From Puniceicoccaceae bacterium (GTDB taxonomy: Bacteria; Verrucomicrobiota; Verrucomicrobiia; Opitutales; Oceanipulchritudinaceae), in contig JBFOMH010000019.1 in the NCBI GenBank assembly GCA_040830765.1, positions 128,001 through 192,000 on the forward strand: 64,000 bases of DNA, given 5' to 3'; not shown here. The first letter of the stretch is position 1. Below: more notes on the stretch, generated by a model. The model had not been told where the DNA came from. It worked only from the letters and a program-made list of their open reading frames with translations, and ran no database searches.

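Noticed and set aside
24764..63328. Long plus-strand ORFs (e.g. 26735..30403, 1222 aa; 34196..37018, 940 aa; 24764..26488, 574 aa)
   Set aside because: Antisense shadows of gene A caused by codon bias and repeats; no recognisable motifs.
63914..63916. GTG at 63916 as the start of gene A
   Set aside because: The frame stays open to 64000 with similar composition; the true start lies outside the window.
1..64000. CRISPR arrays, tRNA/rRNA, IS elements, inteins, DGR repeats
   Set aside because: No exact spaced DNA repeats, RNA gene signatures, or transposase, Hint or reverse transcriptase motifs seen; the repeats are degenerate and protein-level.

Overview
The window is almost entirely two tandem, co-oriented giant genes on the minus strand, separated by about 230 bp. 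Gene A (23237..>64000, more than 13,587 aa, open at the right edge) is an acidic, adhesin-like protein with RTX-type Ca-binding repeats. It carries roughly 65-70 copies (counted by eye) of a ~90-100 aa flagellin/FliD/tail-sheath-like module. These modules are nested inside three ~2,800-3,000 aa loops that interrupt a beta-solenoid repeat. Gene B (<1..23009, more than 7,660 aa, open at the left edge) is missing from the supplied ORF track, evidently because it has no stop in the window; I translated it by hand. From N to C it has an LEPRLLLS leader, an alpha/beta-hydrolase (AHSFG), a CBM-like domain, a peptidoglycan-binding domain with a MepA-like peptidase lacking the HxH ligand, five helix/beta units with EF-hand loops, RTX rolls, PPC domains, FG-GAP and ELWxxDGT propellers, and an LRR interrupted by a propeller and a golvesin-like domain. 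The strong Shine-Dalgarno/ATG before gene B is out of frame with it, and the intergenic RNA has anti-SD elements. No RNA genes, CRISPR arrays, transposases or secretion genes were seen. All domain calls are motif recognition by eye, not database searches, and domain boundaries are approximate.
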